NCBI GenBank assembly: GCA_963785305.1 | Contig: CAWAUV010000008.1 | Location: 1,216,001 to 1,280,000 of the forward strand | DNA: 64,000 nucleotides | Origin: an uncultured Planctomycetaceae bacterium | GTDB taxonomy: Bacteria; Planctomycetota; Planctomycetia; Pirellulales; PALSA-1355 | Direction: 5' to 3' | Shown here: in pieces, positions 20,618 to 31,748 of the stretch | Position numbering within the stretch: the stretch's first letter is position 1 | Layout of the letters: each line of letters opens with the position of its first letter | Program-made: the position numbers and the translations under genes | Notes under the pieces: model-generated | What the model saw: the letters and a program-made list of their open reading frames with translations, nothing else | Told to the model about the DNA's origin: nothing | Databases searched by the model: none

Positions 20618-21404
20618 TTATTGAATCGGCAACGGACGCTCAAACCAGAAGCATCCGCAACCATAAGTTTGAGCATCGGCAAGCGCGGGTGACGGATTGT
20701 TCAGTAGGCCCCCGGCGATAGGATCATCTCGGAATCAGCCTCCATTCCCGAAGTTTCAATTCTGGGAACGCTTCTAGAATTTGCCGGTACGCATAGATAC
20801 GATGCGCGTTGAACTGAATGACTGGTTTGCCGACCGGCACCACAAAGAGCAGAGAGCCGCCGGGCGCCAACACTCTCGCGAGTTCGCGCATTGCTCTCAA
20901 GTCTCCGTCGGGATCTAAAGGGTCGCCATAGCGCCCCAGTCCGATGTGCTCCACGACATGCATGCACGACAGCGAAGGGATGCTTTGGTCCGCGAAAGCC
21001 AAGGCGGTCAGATCGGCCGCTCCCGAAGTGAGGTCCGATAGTTGGATGTCGGCGGGACGAAAATCGTAAAAATCTACCGGACAAAACGCGGAAGCGATCG
21101 CGCTGAAATAAAGCGCCGACGATATATCGACATGCGTGGCTGGCTTCGTCCTAGCCAGAATTCTCGCTGCCCATGCTGTGTGATAAATGTAATGCCGATC
21201 GAAGTCCGTCATGGACGTGTCATCACCCAGACAGGGAAAACGATCCTCCCAAGATAATCTGAAACCCCGATCACTCGTTTTGGAAAGGCGATAAAAATCT
21301 TTGAATTGGCCGCGAAGCCACATCATTCCCTTGCGTGTTTTGTAAAGCCGAGAAAGCTTACGTGCGAAGAGAGCTATATTGGAAACAACCATTTTCATGA
21401 ACAT
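20618..21404 (-). CDS. DUF268-type SAM-dependent methyltransferase-like protein (C-terminal frameshift)
   Basis: FDRHYIYHTAWAAR, HVDISS, SLSCMHVVEHIGLGRYGDPLDP.GD, FNAHRIY; ends YGCGCFWFER..* at 20618 in another frame. Confidence 0.8.
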
Positions 21405-21481
21405 CGAGTGATCCCGCTTTCATGCCCGACCGGCTTTTTTTCGCAACGTAGAATCTCGCAGAATAAGTGATGTTGCTCAAA

Positions 21482-22126
21482 TCAAGGACGCGCGTCTTTG
21501 TAAATTCGAATAATATCGTCCTTTACCTCGAAGACCCACCCGGGCATTCGTTGCGCAATAAGGGTCCGAAGTCCTTCGAGCGTGGGGTAATCATCGGCGC
21601 CGTTGAAAAGGCGCGCATCGTCTATGAGGACGACGTTGGAATTATGCGGGTGTTCGAAAATTGCGCCGAGTTCATGAATGATCGGTGTATCGACATTCCC
21701 ACGAGCCGTAATTCCAGAGCAATAGTGGCCATCGAGCCAAAAAAGACATGGAACCTCAATCTCGTTTAAGATCTCGGGCAGTATTTGGGCGCTGTCGCCA
21801 TGGAATAGCCGCACATTTGGTGATTTTGAAAATCGCCGAACGTTTTCTTTGTACAATTCTGGGCTTAGTTCGACGGACACAACCGTTTTGAATGTGTCTT
21901 TGCAGGCGTTCAACATGTCGCCATGAAATGTTCCTGTTTCGACGAGCGTATTGAATTTGCGCCTGCTTGGCAATTTCTAGAACCGTCCGGCGCTTAAAGA
22001 CTTCCGGCGGGGCGCGGGACGCCCTGCTCGCTTCCATCGCTGAACCGCCATATGATCCGAATATGCGAAATGAAGCTTGAGGAGCAGGTGAAATAGCGGC
22101 GTCTTCTTAATAATCGGTTTTAGCAT
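21482..22126 (-). CDS. Putative methyltransferase-like protein (paralog B; frameshifted)
   Basis: Starts MLKPIIKKTPLF at 22126; LVETGTFHGD, FWLDGH, VVLIDDARLF, FEVKDDIIRIY; close paralog of 18470-19126. Confidence 0.75.
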
Positions 22127-23414
22127 GGTTCTTGGGTTCGCCGAAGGCGTCGTGTGAGTCCAAATGCAACGGTTTTGTTTGATTGATCGGCTCGAGATCG
22201 TAAGGCATTGGGTTTAGAATCACCCCGCAACCAGATATTCGTACAAGGTTCAACCCGTCGCTCACCGGCGCAACATCCAACACCGCTGGACCAATGTTGA
22301 AATAAATTGCCCGCTCGTATTCGGATAATCCGATTGCAAGGGTATATCGTCCAGGTTCGAGCCATAAAGTCGGTTCGTAAAATACGACATCGTATTCCCC
22401 GGGCGCGATCGGGCGCGGATCCGTCCACGTCGTCCGAAGCGACGTTTCTGCCGGCGTCATAATGCCCATTCCAATAATGAAATGCTCTAGCGGAGCGCAA
22501 ATGCGAAAACGCACCCGGACCTGCCAAGGCTTCCCCACGGGGATCGAAACCGCGGAGCGACCTTGTTCATCTTCGACAGTCGCCGTAATCGCATAGCCGG
22601 GAGTGACGGGCTCCGTCGGTGGGGGCAATTCGTACGTCAATTGCGACTTGCTAGACTGTGACAAATATGACTCAATTACTGACGACACCGGTCCCTCGGC
22701 GAGGATGCGTCCGTCGTCCATCAGAAGCGCACTTTGGCAAAGTTTCCGAACCGCTTCCATGTTGTGGCTCACGAATAGAACCGTGCGGCCGTGCTTGGCG
22801 ACATCGGTCATCTTGCCGAGGCACTTTCGCTGAAATGCGATATCGCCGACCGCCAATACTTCATCCACAACGAGGATTTCCGGCTCCATATTCGCCGCTA
22901 CCGCGAAGGCCAGCCGCATGTACATGCCGCTCGAGTAGCGTTTGACCGGGGTGTCGACGAATCGTTCCACTTCGGCGAAGGCCACGATCTCGTCGAACTT
23001 GCGCGTGATCTCGGCGCGGCTCATGCCCAGGATGGCGCCGTTCATGTAGATGTTTTCGCGACCGCTCAGTTCCGGGTGAAAACCGGTGCCGACTTCCAGC
23101 AGGCTGCCCACGCGGCCGTGGATCGTGGCCCGGCCGGAAGTGGGCTCCGTGATGCGGGAAAGGATTTTTAGGAGCGTGCTTTTGCCCGCGCCATTGCGGC
23201 CGATGATGCCCATCACCTCGCCGTGCCGCACTTCGAACGATATGTCTTTAAGCGCCCAGAGGATTTGGGCCTCGCGTTCCGCTTCCGAGGGCCGCGAAAA
23301 CGGGCGGGCCAAGCTCGTCATCAGCGAATCGCGCAGCGAACGGTAACGCTCTCGCGGCCGGCCCACGAGATAGCGCTTCGACAGTTCATTGACGCGAATG
23401 GCGATGTCGCTCAT
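22107..23414 (-). CDS. wzt: Polysaccharide ABC transporter ATP-binding protein with C-terminal Wzt_C domain
   Basis: GRNGAGKST, YSSGMYMRLAF, VDEVLAVGD, FVSH; about 170-aa C-terminal extension. Confidence 0.93.
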   Translation of the reverse strand: MSDIAIRVNELSKRYLVGRPRERYRSLRDSLMTSLARPFSRPSEAEREAQILWALKDISFEVRHGEVMGIIGRNGAGKSTLLKILSRITEPTSGRATIHGRVGSLLEVGTGFHPELSGRENIYMNGAILGMSRAEITRKFDEIVAFAEVERFVDTPVKRYSSGMYMRLAFAVAANMEPEILVVDEVLAVGDIAFQRKCLGKMTDVAKHGRTVLFVSHNMEAVRKLCQSALLMDDGRILAEGPVSSVIESYLSQSSKSQLTYELPPPTEPVTPGYAITATVEDEQGRSAVSIPVGKPWQVRVRFRICAPLEHFIIGMGIMTPAETSLRTTWTDPRPIAPGEYDVVFYEPTLWLEPGRYTLAIGLSEYERAIYFNIGPAVLDVAPVSDGLNLVRISGCGVILNPMPYDLEPINQTKPLHLDSHDAFGEPKNHAKTDY

Positions 23415-23708
23415 ACTGGCTTAAATGCCTGTCGGAAGGCGTTGTTCATACCGCGGACGACAACGTGTCCGAGACCCCGCGGTCCGTGAGACGTCGTGAC
23501 CCTTCGATTATCCCGGAAACGCGGCCCGGGCGGCGAGCGGTTTTTAGCACACGTGAATCAGGCGGCGGCAAAACAGCCGCGGACTTGGTGATTCGATAAT
23601 TATAGCCCGCGGATGCGCGGGTCGCCAGAAGCGCGGCTGGCCCGTATTATCGGAACATCCGGCCGCGATCCGCACAAGCGTTCCTCATCGCATTCTAGTC
23701 GATCGCCC

Positions 23709-25943
23709 ATGGCTGAAGCATTCGACCCCTATCTCTCGTGGCTCGGCATTCGTTCGCCGGAGCGGCCGCCCAATCATTATCGGCTGCTCGGAATCGAGAT
23801 GTTCGAGACCAGCGCCGATGTGATCGCGACCGCGGCCGATCGGCAAATGGCCCATGTGCGCACCTTCCAGTCGGGCAAGCAGGGCGAGCTATCGCAGCGA
23901 GTGTTGAACGAGCTCGCCGCCGCCCGGGTGTGCCTGCTCAATCCGGCCAAGAAGCAGCGCTACGACGAGCTCCTCCGCGGCAGCGCGGCGCGGGCCGCGG
24001 CCGAGGGCGTCGGCGTCAGGGCATCGACTGCCGCGGCATCGCAACCCGCGGCCAGCGGGCGGTCGAGCGCGACGGTCGCGGAAAAGCCGGCCGGTTTTGC
24101 CGTTGATTTTCGGGCCGATGGGTACAAGAGCGCCCGCGGCCGCCGGAAGAAACAGCGGACAAGCCTCGCGCCGCTGGTGATGGGAGCGATTGGAATCGTC
24201 GTTTTAGCCGGCGCCGGCCTCGCCTATTGGAACATGGCCCAGCCGGCGCCTGTTGCCCAAAGCGATTCCGCGCCGAAAGCGGCCGCGGGCGCAAACGCCA
24301 AGGCAAAGCCGAGCGAGGAAAAGTCGCGGAGCCAACAACCCACCGCGCAGGCGGTCAACCCAGCGGGCGGCGCCGATCACGCAACCGCTCCCCGCACCGA
24401 GTCGCTCGACGAACCGCCGAAAAGGTCCGATCCCGTCAAGGAGGCCGATTCGGGTGTTCGCGTGGCCCAGGCCATTGGTCCTCTGAAGGAAAAAGACAAG
24501 ATTCGCCCGAAGCAACTCATCGAGCCGAGCGTCGAGGAGCCGAAAGAGACCACGACGGCGAAGCCTCAGGAAAGCGAAGCGCCCGCGGCCCAGGCGTCGG
24601 CGATGGTGGGCGTCGAGAAGCGGTTGCCTGCGCCCAGCGCCGATGAAATCGCCGCCGCGAGCAAGAAGATTAAATCGATCTTCGCGAAGGAATTTGCCGG
24701 GGCGACGACTGCCGAACGTCGCGAAGAGCTTGCCCAAACACTGCTCAAGCAGGGCGACGAGGAACGCGATTCGACCAGTCAATATGCGCTTTGGGACGCG
24801 GCCCGCGAACTCGCGCTGCGAGCGGGCAAGCCATCGCTCGCGGTTGACGCGGCCGAGCGACTGGTAATGCGGTTTCAGTTGGACCGTCTGCATGAAGTGA
24901 CGGAAACCCTCGTCGATGGCGCCAAGACCACTCGCGATCCGGCGGTCGCCACCGCGATTGGTTTGCAAATGATGGAAACCATCGACACCGCCGCGAGCGC
25001 CGAGCGATTCGAAGAGGCAATTCGCTTGGCTCAGGCGGCGATTGTGCTCGCCAACAAAATCCATAGCCCGGAGTCGGCGAAGCTGGTGTCCGCGCGGCTC
25101 AAAGCCTTGCAAGAACAGCAAAAAGCGTTTGACGCCGCGGCTACCGCTCGCGAGACGCTGGCGAGCAATCCCAGCGACGCCGAGGCGAACTTGGTTCTCG
25201 GCCGGTATCTGTGCCTTGTGAAATCGGATTGGAAAACCGGCCTGCCGCTCTTGGCCAAAGCCGACGACGCGGGCCTCGCGGCTTGTGCGAAGCAAGACGC
25301 GGCCGAACCCAAAAAACCGGCCGAGCAAGTCAAGCTGGCGGATTCTTGGTTCGAATACCGCAAAGCCGCGAAGAGCAAGCTGCGAGATATCGCCTCGGAT
25401 CGCGCGAAATATTGGTATGAGAAGGCGATTCCGTCGCTCGCTGGTTTGGAAAAAACACAAGCCGCGAAGCGGGTCGAGGAACTACAAAGCAGCTCCAGCA
25501 GTTCGCGCGGGCCGGATGAACTATTGTCGCTACGTGCAAGCTTCACGATGTCGTCTCAGTGGCCGGAGCGAGGACAATCGCCCGCTTTGCTCACGGGAGT
25601 CGGACCCCTATTCGACAATAATGAATTCGCATGCCACTCGGGCGAGAACGATCTCGGCGCGCATTTGACGATTGATCTGCACGCGAGCGCGTCGATTACG
25701 CGAATCGAAATCGAGAATCGCCGCCAAGCGGCGCTTTTTGAAAGGTTCGTTGGCGCGGGTGTCTGGATATCGAGCTCACCCCAGCAGCGCGGACGCCAAG
25801 TGGCCACGATCACGTCGGCCGAGCAGATTTATAATCTGCGACTACCAGAACCGATTCGCGGCCGGTATATCACGGTCGGTTTTCCGGAAAAGACTCCCGG
25901 CTTCGTCTGTTTATTCAGCGTGAAAATCTACGGTCACAAGTGA
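23709..25943 (+). CDS. Planctomycete-type bitopic membrane protein: DnaJ-like N-terminal domain, TM helix, helical repeat region, C-terminal discoidin/F5-8-like domain
   Basis: FDPYLSWLGI..PPNHYRLLGI...LNELAAARVCLLNP.KKQRYD; TM LVMGAIGIVVLAGAGLAYW; ANLVLGRYLCLVK.DW..GLPLLAK; LTIDL....ITRIEIENR...GRYITV...SVKIYG. Confidence 0.75.
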   Translation: MAEAFDPYLSWLGIRSPERPPNHYRLLGIEMFETSADVIATAADRQMAHVRTFQSGKQGELSQRVLNELAAARVCLLNPAKKQRYDELLRGSAARAAAEGVGVRASTAAASQPAASGRSSATVAEKPAGFAVDFRADGYKSARGRRKKQRTSLAPLVMGAIGIVVLAGAGLAYWNMAQPAPVAQSDSAPKAAAGANAKAKPSEEKSRSQQPTAQAVNPAGGADHATAPRTESLDEPPKRSDPVKEADSGVRVAQAIGPLKEKDKIRPKQLIEPSVEEPKETTTAKPQESEAPAAQASAMVGVEKRLPAPSADEIAAASKKIKSIFAKEFAGATTAERREELAQTLLKQGDEERDSTSQYALWDAARELALRAGKPSLAVDAAERLVMRFQLDRLHEVTETLVDGAKTTRDPAVATAIGLQMMETIDTAASAERFEEAIRLAQAAIVLANKIHSPESAKLVSARLKALQEQQKAFDAAATARETLASNPSDAEANLVLGRYLCLVKSDWKTGLPLLAKADDAGLAACAKQDAAEPKKPAEQVKLADSWFEYRKAAKSKLRDIASDRAKYWYEKAIPSLAGLEKTQAAKRVEELQSSSSSSRGPDELLSLRASFTMSSQWPERGQSPALLTGVGPLFDNNEFACHSGENDLGAHLTIDLHASASITRIEIENRRQAALFERFVGAGVWISSSPQQRGRQVATITSAEQIYNLRLPEPIRGRYITVGFPEKTPGFVCLFSVKIYGHK

Positions 25944-25965
25944 CCGTCGCGAAGGCGCTCGGCGG

Positions 25966-26859
25966 CTACACCACATCGGCAAAAGACTTTTCCATTCGCC
26001 GAAAGTAGAACAACCCGCCGATGAGCAGCGCCGCCGTCATGCCGACGGACACGGCCAACTGCCACCCCGGCGCTTCGGCCGACCCCAGCAGTGCCCAACG
26101 AAAGCCCTCGACCACGCCGGTCATGGGATTCAACCCGAACAGTGTGCGGTAGCGCTCGGGCACGATATCGCTGGTATAGGCCACGGGGGTCACGAACAGC
26201 CAGAATCGCGACAGAAACGGGATCGTGTACCGCACATCGCGAAATTGCACATTGAGCGCCGAGAGCCAAAGCCCCACCGCCAGGGCCGTGGCCAGGGCGA
26301 GCAACACGAACAGCGGCAGTGTCACGATGGCCGCGCCGGGCGCCACGCCATACCATAGCATCATCGCCGCGAGAATCACCAGCGAGATCGCGAAGTCGAC
26401 CAGGCCCGAAGCCACGGCCGAAAGCGGGATCACGAGCCGCGGGAAATAAACTTTGGTAATCAGCCGCTCGCTGGCCACCAGACTATTGCCGCACTGAGTG
26501 AGCGAATATTCGAAAAGCTGCCAGGGCAGGAGCGCGCAGAATGTGAGCAGCGGGTAGGGAATCGTGCTGCGTTCATCGAGCCCGGCCAGTCGACCGAAAA
26601 AAATGGTGAACGCCACCATCGTCAACAGCGGCTGAAGCACGGCCCACGCCGCGCCGAGCGCCGTCTGTTTGTAACGCACCTTGATATCGCGCACCGACAT
26701 GAACCATAGCAACTCGCGGTAGCGCCACAGTTCTTTCAGATCGAGGGGGCGCCAGCCGGGGCGGGCTTCGATGATCGTCACCGGCGACGACGCTTCCGCG
26801 GCCGAGTTCGAGGCGGGGGCGACATTCGGCGGCGGTGTGAGCTCGGTGGTCATGGACAC
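25966..26859 (-). CDS. wzm: Polysaccharide ABC transporter permease
   Basis: ELWRYRELL...RDIKVRYKQTALG..WAVLQP, KVYFPR, LNPMTGVVEGFR, FADVV. Confidence 0.93.
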   Translation of the reverse strand: MSMTTELTPPPNVAPASNSAAEASSPVTIIEARPGWRPLDLKELWRYRELLWFMSVRDIKVRYKQTALGAAWAVLQPLLTMVAFTIFFGRLAGLDERSTIPYPLLTFCALLPWQLFEYSLTQCGNSLVASERLITKVYFPRLVIPLSAVASGLVDFAISLVILAAMMLWYGVAPGAAIVTLPLFVLLALATALAVGLWLSALNVQFRDVRYTIPFLSRFWLFVTPVAYTSDIVPERYRTLFGLNPMTGVVEGFRWALLGSAEAPGWQLAVSVGMTAALLIGGLFYFRRMEKSFADVV

Positions 26860-26963
26860 GGTTTGTTTTCGGTGTCTAAAAGGCCGGGAGGCGGCCGGGA
26901 TTCAATAATTTCGCGTGCTTCGTCTTCACTTGATCGACGATTGCTCATTCGCCTCGGCGGCGC

Positions 26964-28074
26964 TTAAGGGGGAGGAGAGGCTCGGTCGGCCAGACGTTCG
27001 AGCGCCGCGGACAGCCCGGCGGCGTCGCCCACGGCTACCCGTTCGTACACCCCGCCGCTCGTTCGCGCCGGGTCGCGGCAAATGCGGTCCACGTCGGAGG
27101 CCGCTCCTCCGATGAATAATACGTCGCGACCCGACGCCGCGCAGCCATGCACTTTCGACGGCAGCACATATCCGATAAACGCGTCGCTCAGCGTAATCAG
27201 ATGCGCGTCGGGCGTCACCAGCAAACGGTTCAGCAGGTCGAGAGGAACCGGCTGGCTCCGCAGCACCGGCAGTCCCATGGCCCGGAGGCGCCGCTCGACA
27301 TGGTCGGCCTTGACGCCGATCGCGTTGAGCCACAGCGCCACGCGACCGCTGCCCTGGCGATGATGGAGCTCATAGCCGGCCAGCAGCGTTTCATGGTCGT
27401 GGGCCACGCCGAAGTTGCCCGAATAGAGCAAGATAGTCTTGCCGGCCAGTTCGCCGGGGCGCGCGAGCGGGGCGGCTTGAGGATCGATCGGCGTGGGCGC
27501 GGGTCGGGCTTGAGCTCGATTCGCTCTGGTGGAATCCCGATCTCGAGCAACCGCTCGCGTTGATCGTGGCCGAGCACTTCGAACCGGTCGACGCGGCGGC
27601 GCCAGAACAGGGTCAAGCGATAAAACAGCCGCAGCGGCAGATACGAACGCGGCAGCCCGGCCATGAGGCACTCGGGATGAAAATCGGTGATGCGATAGAC
27701 CAACCGCTTGCGAAACATCAGGTTCAGCGGGGCGATGTAGTGCAAGAGAAACGGCGGGCTGCCGGTAAACACGATCTCGTCGCAGGCGAGCAACTCGCGG
27801 CGCACGCTCCCGAGGAGCCGGGCATTGGTCCAAAGCGTCCAAGGCAGCCGCTTGAGGAATCGCCCGCGATCGAGCATTTTGGTGCGAAGCCGCAAAATGC
27901 CGAGCTCGCCCTGGCCCAACGGGCGGCATTCGCGCGAGTCGGCCGTCGACGAGAGTCCGGCGAGCAGCACTTTATCGCCGCGCTCGGCGCCTCGGCGGCG
28001 AAGAGCAGGCTGTATTGCCCCACGGCCCCGAAGTCGGGCGGCAACCAGTCGCAAAGATAAACCACGTTGGCCAT
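26964..28074 (-). CDS. Glycosyltransferase, GT4 WcaI-like (frameshifted)
   Basis: CDWLPPDFGAVGQY, TGSPPFL, YRITDFHPE, LYSGNFGVAHD, VLPSK..G across three frames. Confidence 0.8.
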
Positions 28075-28247
28075 GGAAATAAGCGGCGGGATGGATGGAG
28101 GTCGACCGCGAGCTCGACGCGAATTCGGCGCCCGGCAAAACAGGGCTCGCGGGTCGCTGGCCCATTATCCGGGGGATATGGGCCGATCCGGCGCCCAACG
28201 GGAGCAGCAAGGCCGGAATCGCACGAGCCGAGCGGCGCCGGTCACAT

Positions 28248-29252
28248 TCACGGGCCCGCCGGGGCGAGTGTCTGGCCGCGCACACGGCGGTAGTCCTCGA
28301 GGATCCAGGCGTAGGTTTTTTGCATGCCGTCGACAAGGCGAATCGATGGCGCCCAGCCGAGCAGTTGCTCGATCTTGGCATTGTCGCTATTGCGTCCGTT
28401 GACGCCCTTGGGCGCCGAGAGATCATAGCGCCGCTTGAGCTTGAGGCCGGCGATCCGTTCGACGATATCGACCAGCCCATTGATCGTGACCAACTCGCTC
28501 GAGCCGAGATTGAGCGGCTCGGCGACTTCGGATCGCATGATTCGCTGGATGCCATCGAGGCAGTCGTCGATATAGGTGAAGCTGCGCGTCTGCTCGCCGT
28601 CGCCCCAGATTTCGATTTCGTGGCGACCGCTTTGCTTTGCCTCGATCACTTTGCGGCAAATGGCGGCCGGCGCCTTTTCGCGTCCGCCTTCCCAAGTGCC
28701 CAAAGGACCGTAGACATTGTGAAACCGAGCCACGCGGGTCACGAGCCCGTAGTCTTCGGTAAAGTGGCGGCACATGCGCTCGGAAAATAGCTTTTCCCAG
28801 CCGTAGCCATCTTCGGGCAAGGCGGGGTAGGCGTCTTCTTCGCGCAGCGGGGTCACGCGCGGGTCGCGTTGTTTGTTGGCGTTGTAGACACAGGCCGACG
28901 AAGCGTAGAAGTAGCGACCCACGCCGGCGGCTCTCGCGGCCAGCAGCAGATGGGTATTGATGAGCACCGAGAGCATGCACTCGGCTTTGTGAGTCTCGAT
29001 AAAGCCCATGCCACCCATGTCGGCGGCGAGATTGTACACTTCGTCGACGCCTCGGCAGGCAGTCAAGCAGGCGTCGCGATCGCGCAGATCGGCCTCGATG
29101 TTCTCCACGTCGTCGAAGGCTTGATACCATTCGGCGACGGGCTTGATGTCGACGCCGCGAATTCGCGCTCGGCCCGCGCGGCGCAATTCCGCGATCAAGT
29201 GGCCGCCGATGAATCCGCCTCCGCCAGCTACTAAGATTGTTTTTGCGGTCAT
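28248..29252 (-). CDS. NAD-dependent epimerase, GDP-mannose 3,5-epimerase-like
   Basis: GGGGFIG, NLAADMGGMGFI, ASSACVY, YGWEK, RFHNVYGPLGTWEGGREKAPAAICRK, GRNSDN. Confidence 0.88.
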   Translation of the reverse strand: MTAKTILVAGGGGFIGGHLIAELRRAGRARIRGVDIKPVAEWYQAFDDVENIEADLRDRDACLTACRGVDEVYNLAADMGGMGFIETHKAECMLSVLINTHLLLAARAAGVGRYFYASSACVYNANKQRDPRVTPLREEDAYPALPEDGYGWEKLFSERMCRHFTEDYGLVTRVARFHNVYGPLGTWEGGREKAPAAICRKVIEAKQSGRHEIEIWGDGEQTRSFTYIDDCLDGIQRIMRSEVAEPLNLGSSELVTINGLVDIVERIAGLKLKRRYDLSAPKGVNGRNSDNAKIEQLLGWAPSIRLVDGMQKTYAWILEDYRRVRGQTLAPAGP

Positions 29253-29327
29253 GTCCGGTATGCTTGTCGGGTTTTCAACGAGGAAGAAGATTTCGCCGCG
29301 ATGTTATAGGCGGATCGCGCGGGGCGT

Positions 29328-30964
29328 TTAGAGTTTGCTGGTTGGCTTGCTGGCGGCCCAATCCTCGCTCGGCCCCATTGCGCCCGCCGGCGCGGCGGAG
29401 CGCGGCCCCTCGCCCAGCGGCGGGACAAGCGGAGCGGGCGTGGCAATCGGCGCGAGCGCGGCGAGCGGTCCCGAACCCGACGCGGCGTTGGCCCGCGACA
29501 CCGCGACCTGTTCGCTCACGATCTCCGAGAGTCGGCACTCGAAGGGATAGAGAAAATCCATCAAGCGATCGATCACTTCGCATGCGCTCGAGTGGTCGCG
29601 TTGGCCGGTGATGGTCAAGCGGCCCAACACCTGTTCGCCGGCAAAGAGCGGAATTTCCGTGCGCCAAACCCGGCTCGCCTCACAGCGAATCGGGCTCGCC
29701 CACGAGGCATGGTAGCCCTCGTGACAGGCGGGCATGTTCACATCGAGTCGAATCGAATGCAGGTTGAATTTATCGGTAAACTCGAGCAAGCCGCTCCAAA
29801 GTTGGTCCCAGGGACGCGTGCCCTGAAGTCGCACCGCCGCATGGTGCCCGGCGCGTGTCGAGCGCCGACATATCCCAGCACATTGCCGCCGAAGCGGCGC
29901 ATCGAATTCGACAAAAGCTGCAATTCAACGTGACCGAATACCCGAGTCGAAATTAGAGTGCCCATCACGCAAAACGAAGTGACGAGCGCCACCAGATCGT
30001 TTTTGAGCCATAAGCTGATGACGGCCCCGACCGAAGTCACGAAGCAACACGAGCCGATCCAAAACAGAGTGCGAAGCGAGCTGCCCGATCGGGCCATGAG
30101 TCGATGATGCAAGTGGCCTCGGTCCGAGGCGTAGATGCTTCGGCCGGTAAGTTTGCGTCGCAAAATGGCGGCGGTCGAGTCGAAAATCGGAATCGTCCAG
30201 ACCGCGAGCGGGGCGGCGAATGCCACGGTGGCCGGCCCCTTGAGCGTGCTTCGAATCGCCAGCGCGCCGATAATGAGGCCAATGAGCATGCTGCCCGCGT
30301 CGCCCAGGAACATGCGGGCGGGCGGCAAGTTGAATCGCAAAAAGCCGCACAGGCTCCCGACCAGCGCGGCGATCACCAGCGATTCCATGTAGCGTCCGCA
30401 GAGCAAGGCGGCGACACCGAGCGTGACACTTAGAATCACGCCCACGGTGGTGGCGAGGCCATCGATGCCATCGAGCAAGTTGAGCGAGTTCATCGCGCCG
30501 ACGAGCCAGAAGAGAGTGAACGGTTTGGAGAACCAGCCGAGATCGATCACCTGGTTAAAGAGACTGATCTCGCGGATTTCGAGCCCCGTGGCGACCAGGG
30601 TTGCTCCGGCGAGGAGTTGTCCGAAGAGCTTATGCCAACCGCGGAGATTCACGCGATCGTCGATCAAGCCGATGATCATAATGACGGTGCTGGCCCAGAG
30701 CAGATTCAAGAGCTCCGGCCATTCGCGGCGGAGCAGGGTGCCGCAGGGCTCGCGGAGCCACATGCCGACAAATACCGCCATCCACAGGCCGACGAAGATG
30801 CTCACACCCCCGCCCAGCGGAATCGGGCGATTGTGCAGTTTGCGATGGCCATCGGGGCGATCCGTGATTTTGAAACGCCACGCCAACGCGGCAACCGTTG
30901 GCGTCACCGCCAAGGTTGTCACGAAACCAACGGCGGCCAGCAGCAGTAGCCCCCAGTTGCTCAT
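29328..30964 (-). CDS. wecA: Undecaprenyl-phosphate GlcNAc-1-phosphate transferase (MraY/WecA family) with soluble C-terminal extension (frameshift near 29840)
   Basis: DRPDGHRKLH..PIPLGGG, GLIDD, NSLNLLDGIDGL, FLGDAGS, DRGHLHHRL. Confidence 0.88.
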
Positions 30965-31748
30965 CGCGCTCCGGTCGCTCGTTAAATACGTGGCAAAATG
31001 CCGCCCTGCGTCGGACGGCTAAACCCTTGTCTCGCGCGCCGCCGCGTCGATTTTTCGATCACCATAAAACAGAGAATCTCCGTTTAGCCTTCGCCCCATT
31101 CTCTCCCATAAGGGAAAGGGAGGAGAGGTGGAAGTCGTCAAAAAAGCTTAGCGTGGCAAAACAGCCACGTCGAAGTAAATACGCGACGTAGCCGCCCCGG
31201 GACCGCGAAGTAAGATGGGATATTCCGTCGGCGCCGATTTTGCTGACCCTGCGGCCAGCCAGCGCCGACCGCGCGAACCGATGGCCCTTGAACCTCGTTT
31301 CGCGAACCTGTTCCAAAACACGTCGCCTTGTGCCTTTTGGTTCGCGGCCGGCGAAAAAACCACCCGCTCCGAACAAAAAGTCCACCGCGCTCGATGCTGC
31401 GCTTCGGTCCGTAGAGGCTTCATTCCGGGACAAGAAACGCTACTATGCAATGTAAACGCACGACATGCCCGATTCAAGCCAACGGATGGCCGCATTTCCC
31501 TATTTCGGCGGTGGCGAACTCGGTGGCGCTGGTGAGCTAAACTGATGACAGGGAGCCGGTTTACGGAAACCAGGGCCTCGCGGCCCGACGCCAACCACAG
31601 GCGACCGTATTTTTTCTCGGTTAGCCTCCGGCGGGCTGTTTTGTTCAAATTGCATGAGAAATCGTAATGTCTGAGCCCAACGCTCCCTCTTCGACACTCG
31701 ACGCTCCGCCCATGGACGCCTTTCCGCGCGGCCGTCGGCGACCCGCGC

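Noticed and set aside
31507..31516. ops/JUMPstart element for the polysaccharide locus
   Set aside because: GGCGGTGGCG is an imperfect match and lies on the strand opposite the cluster.
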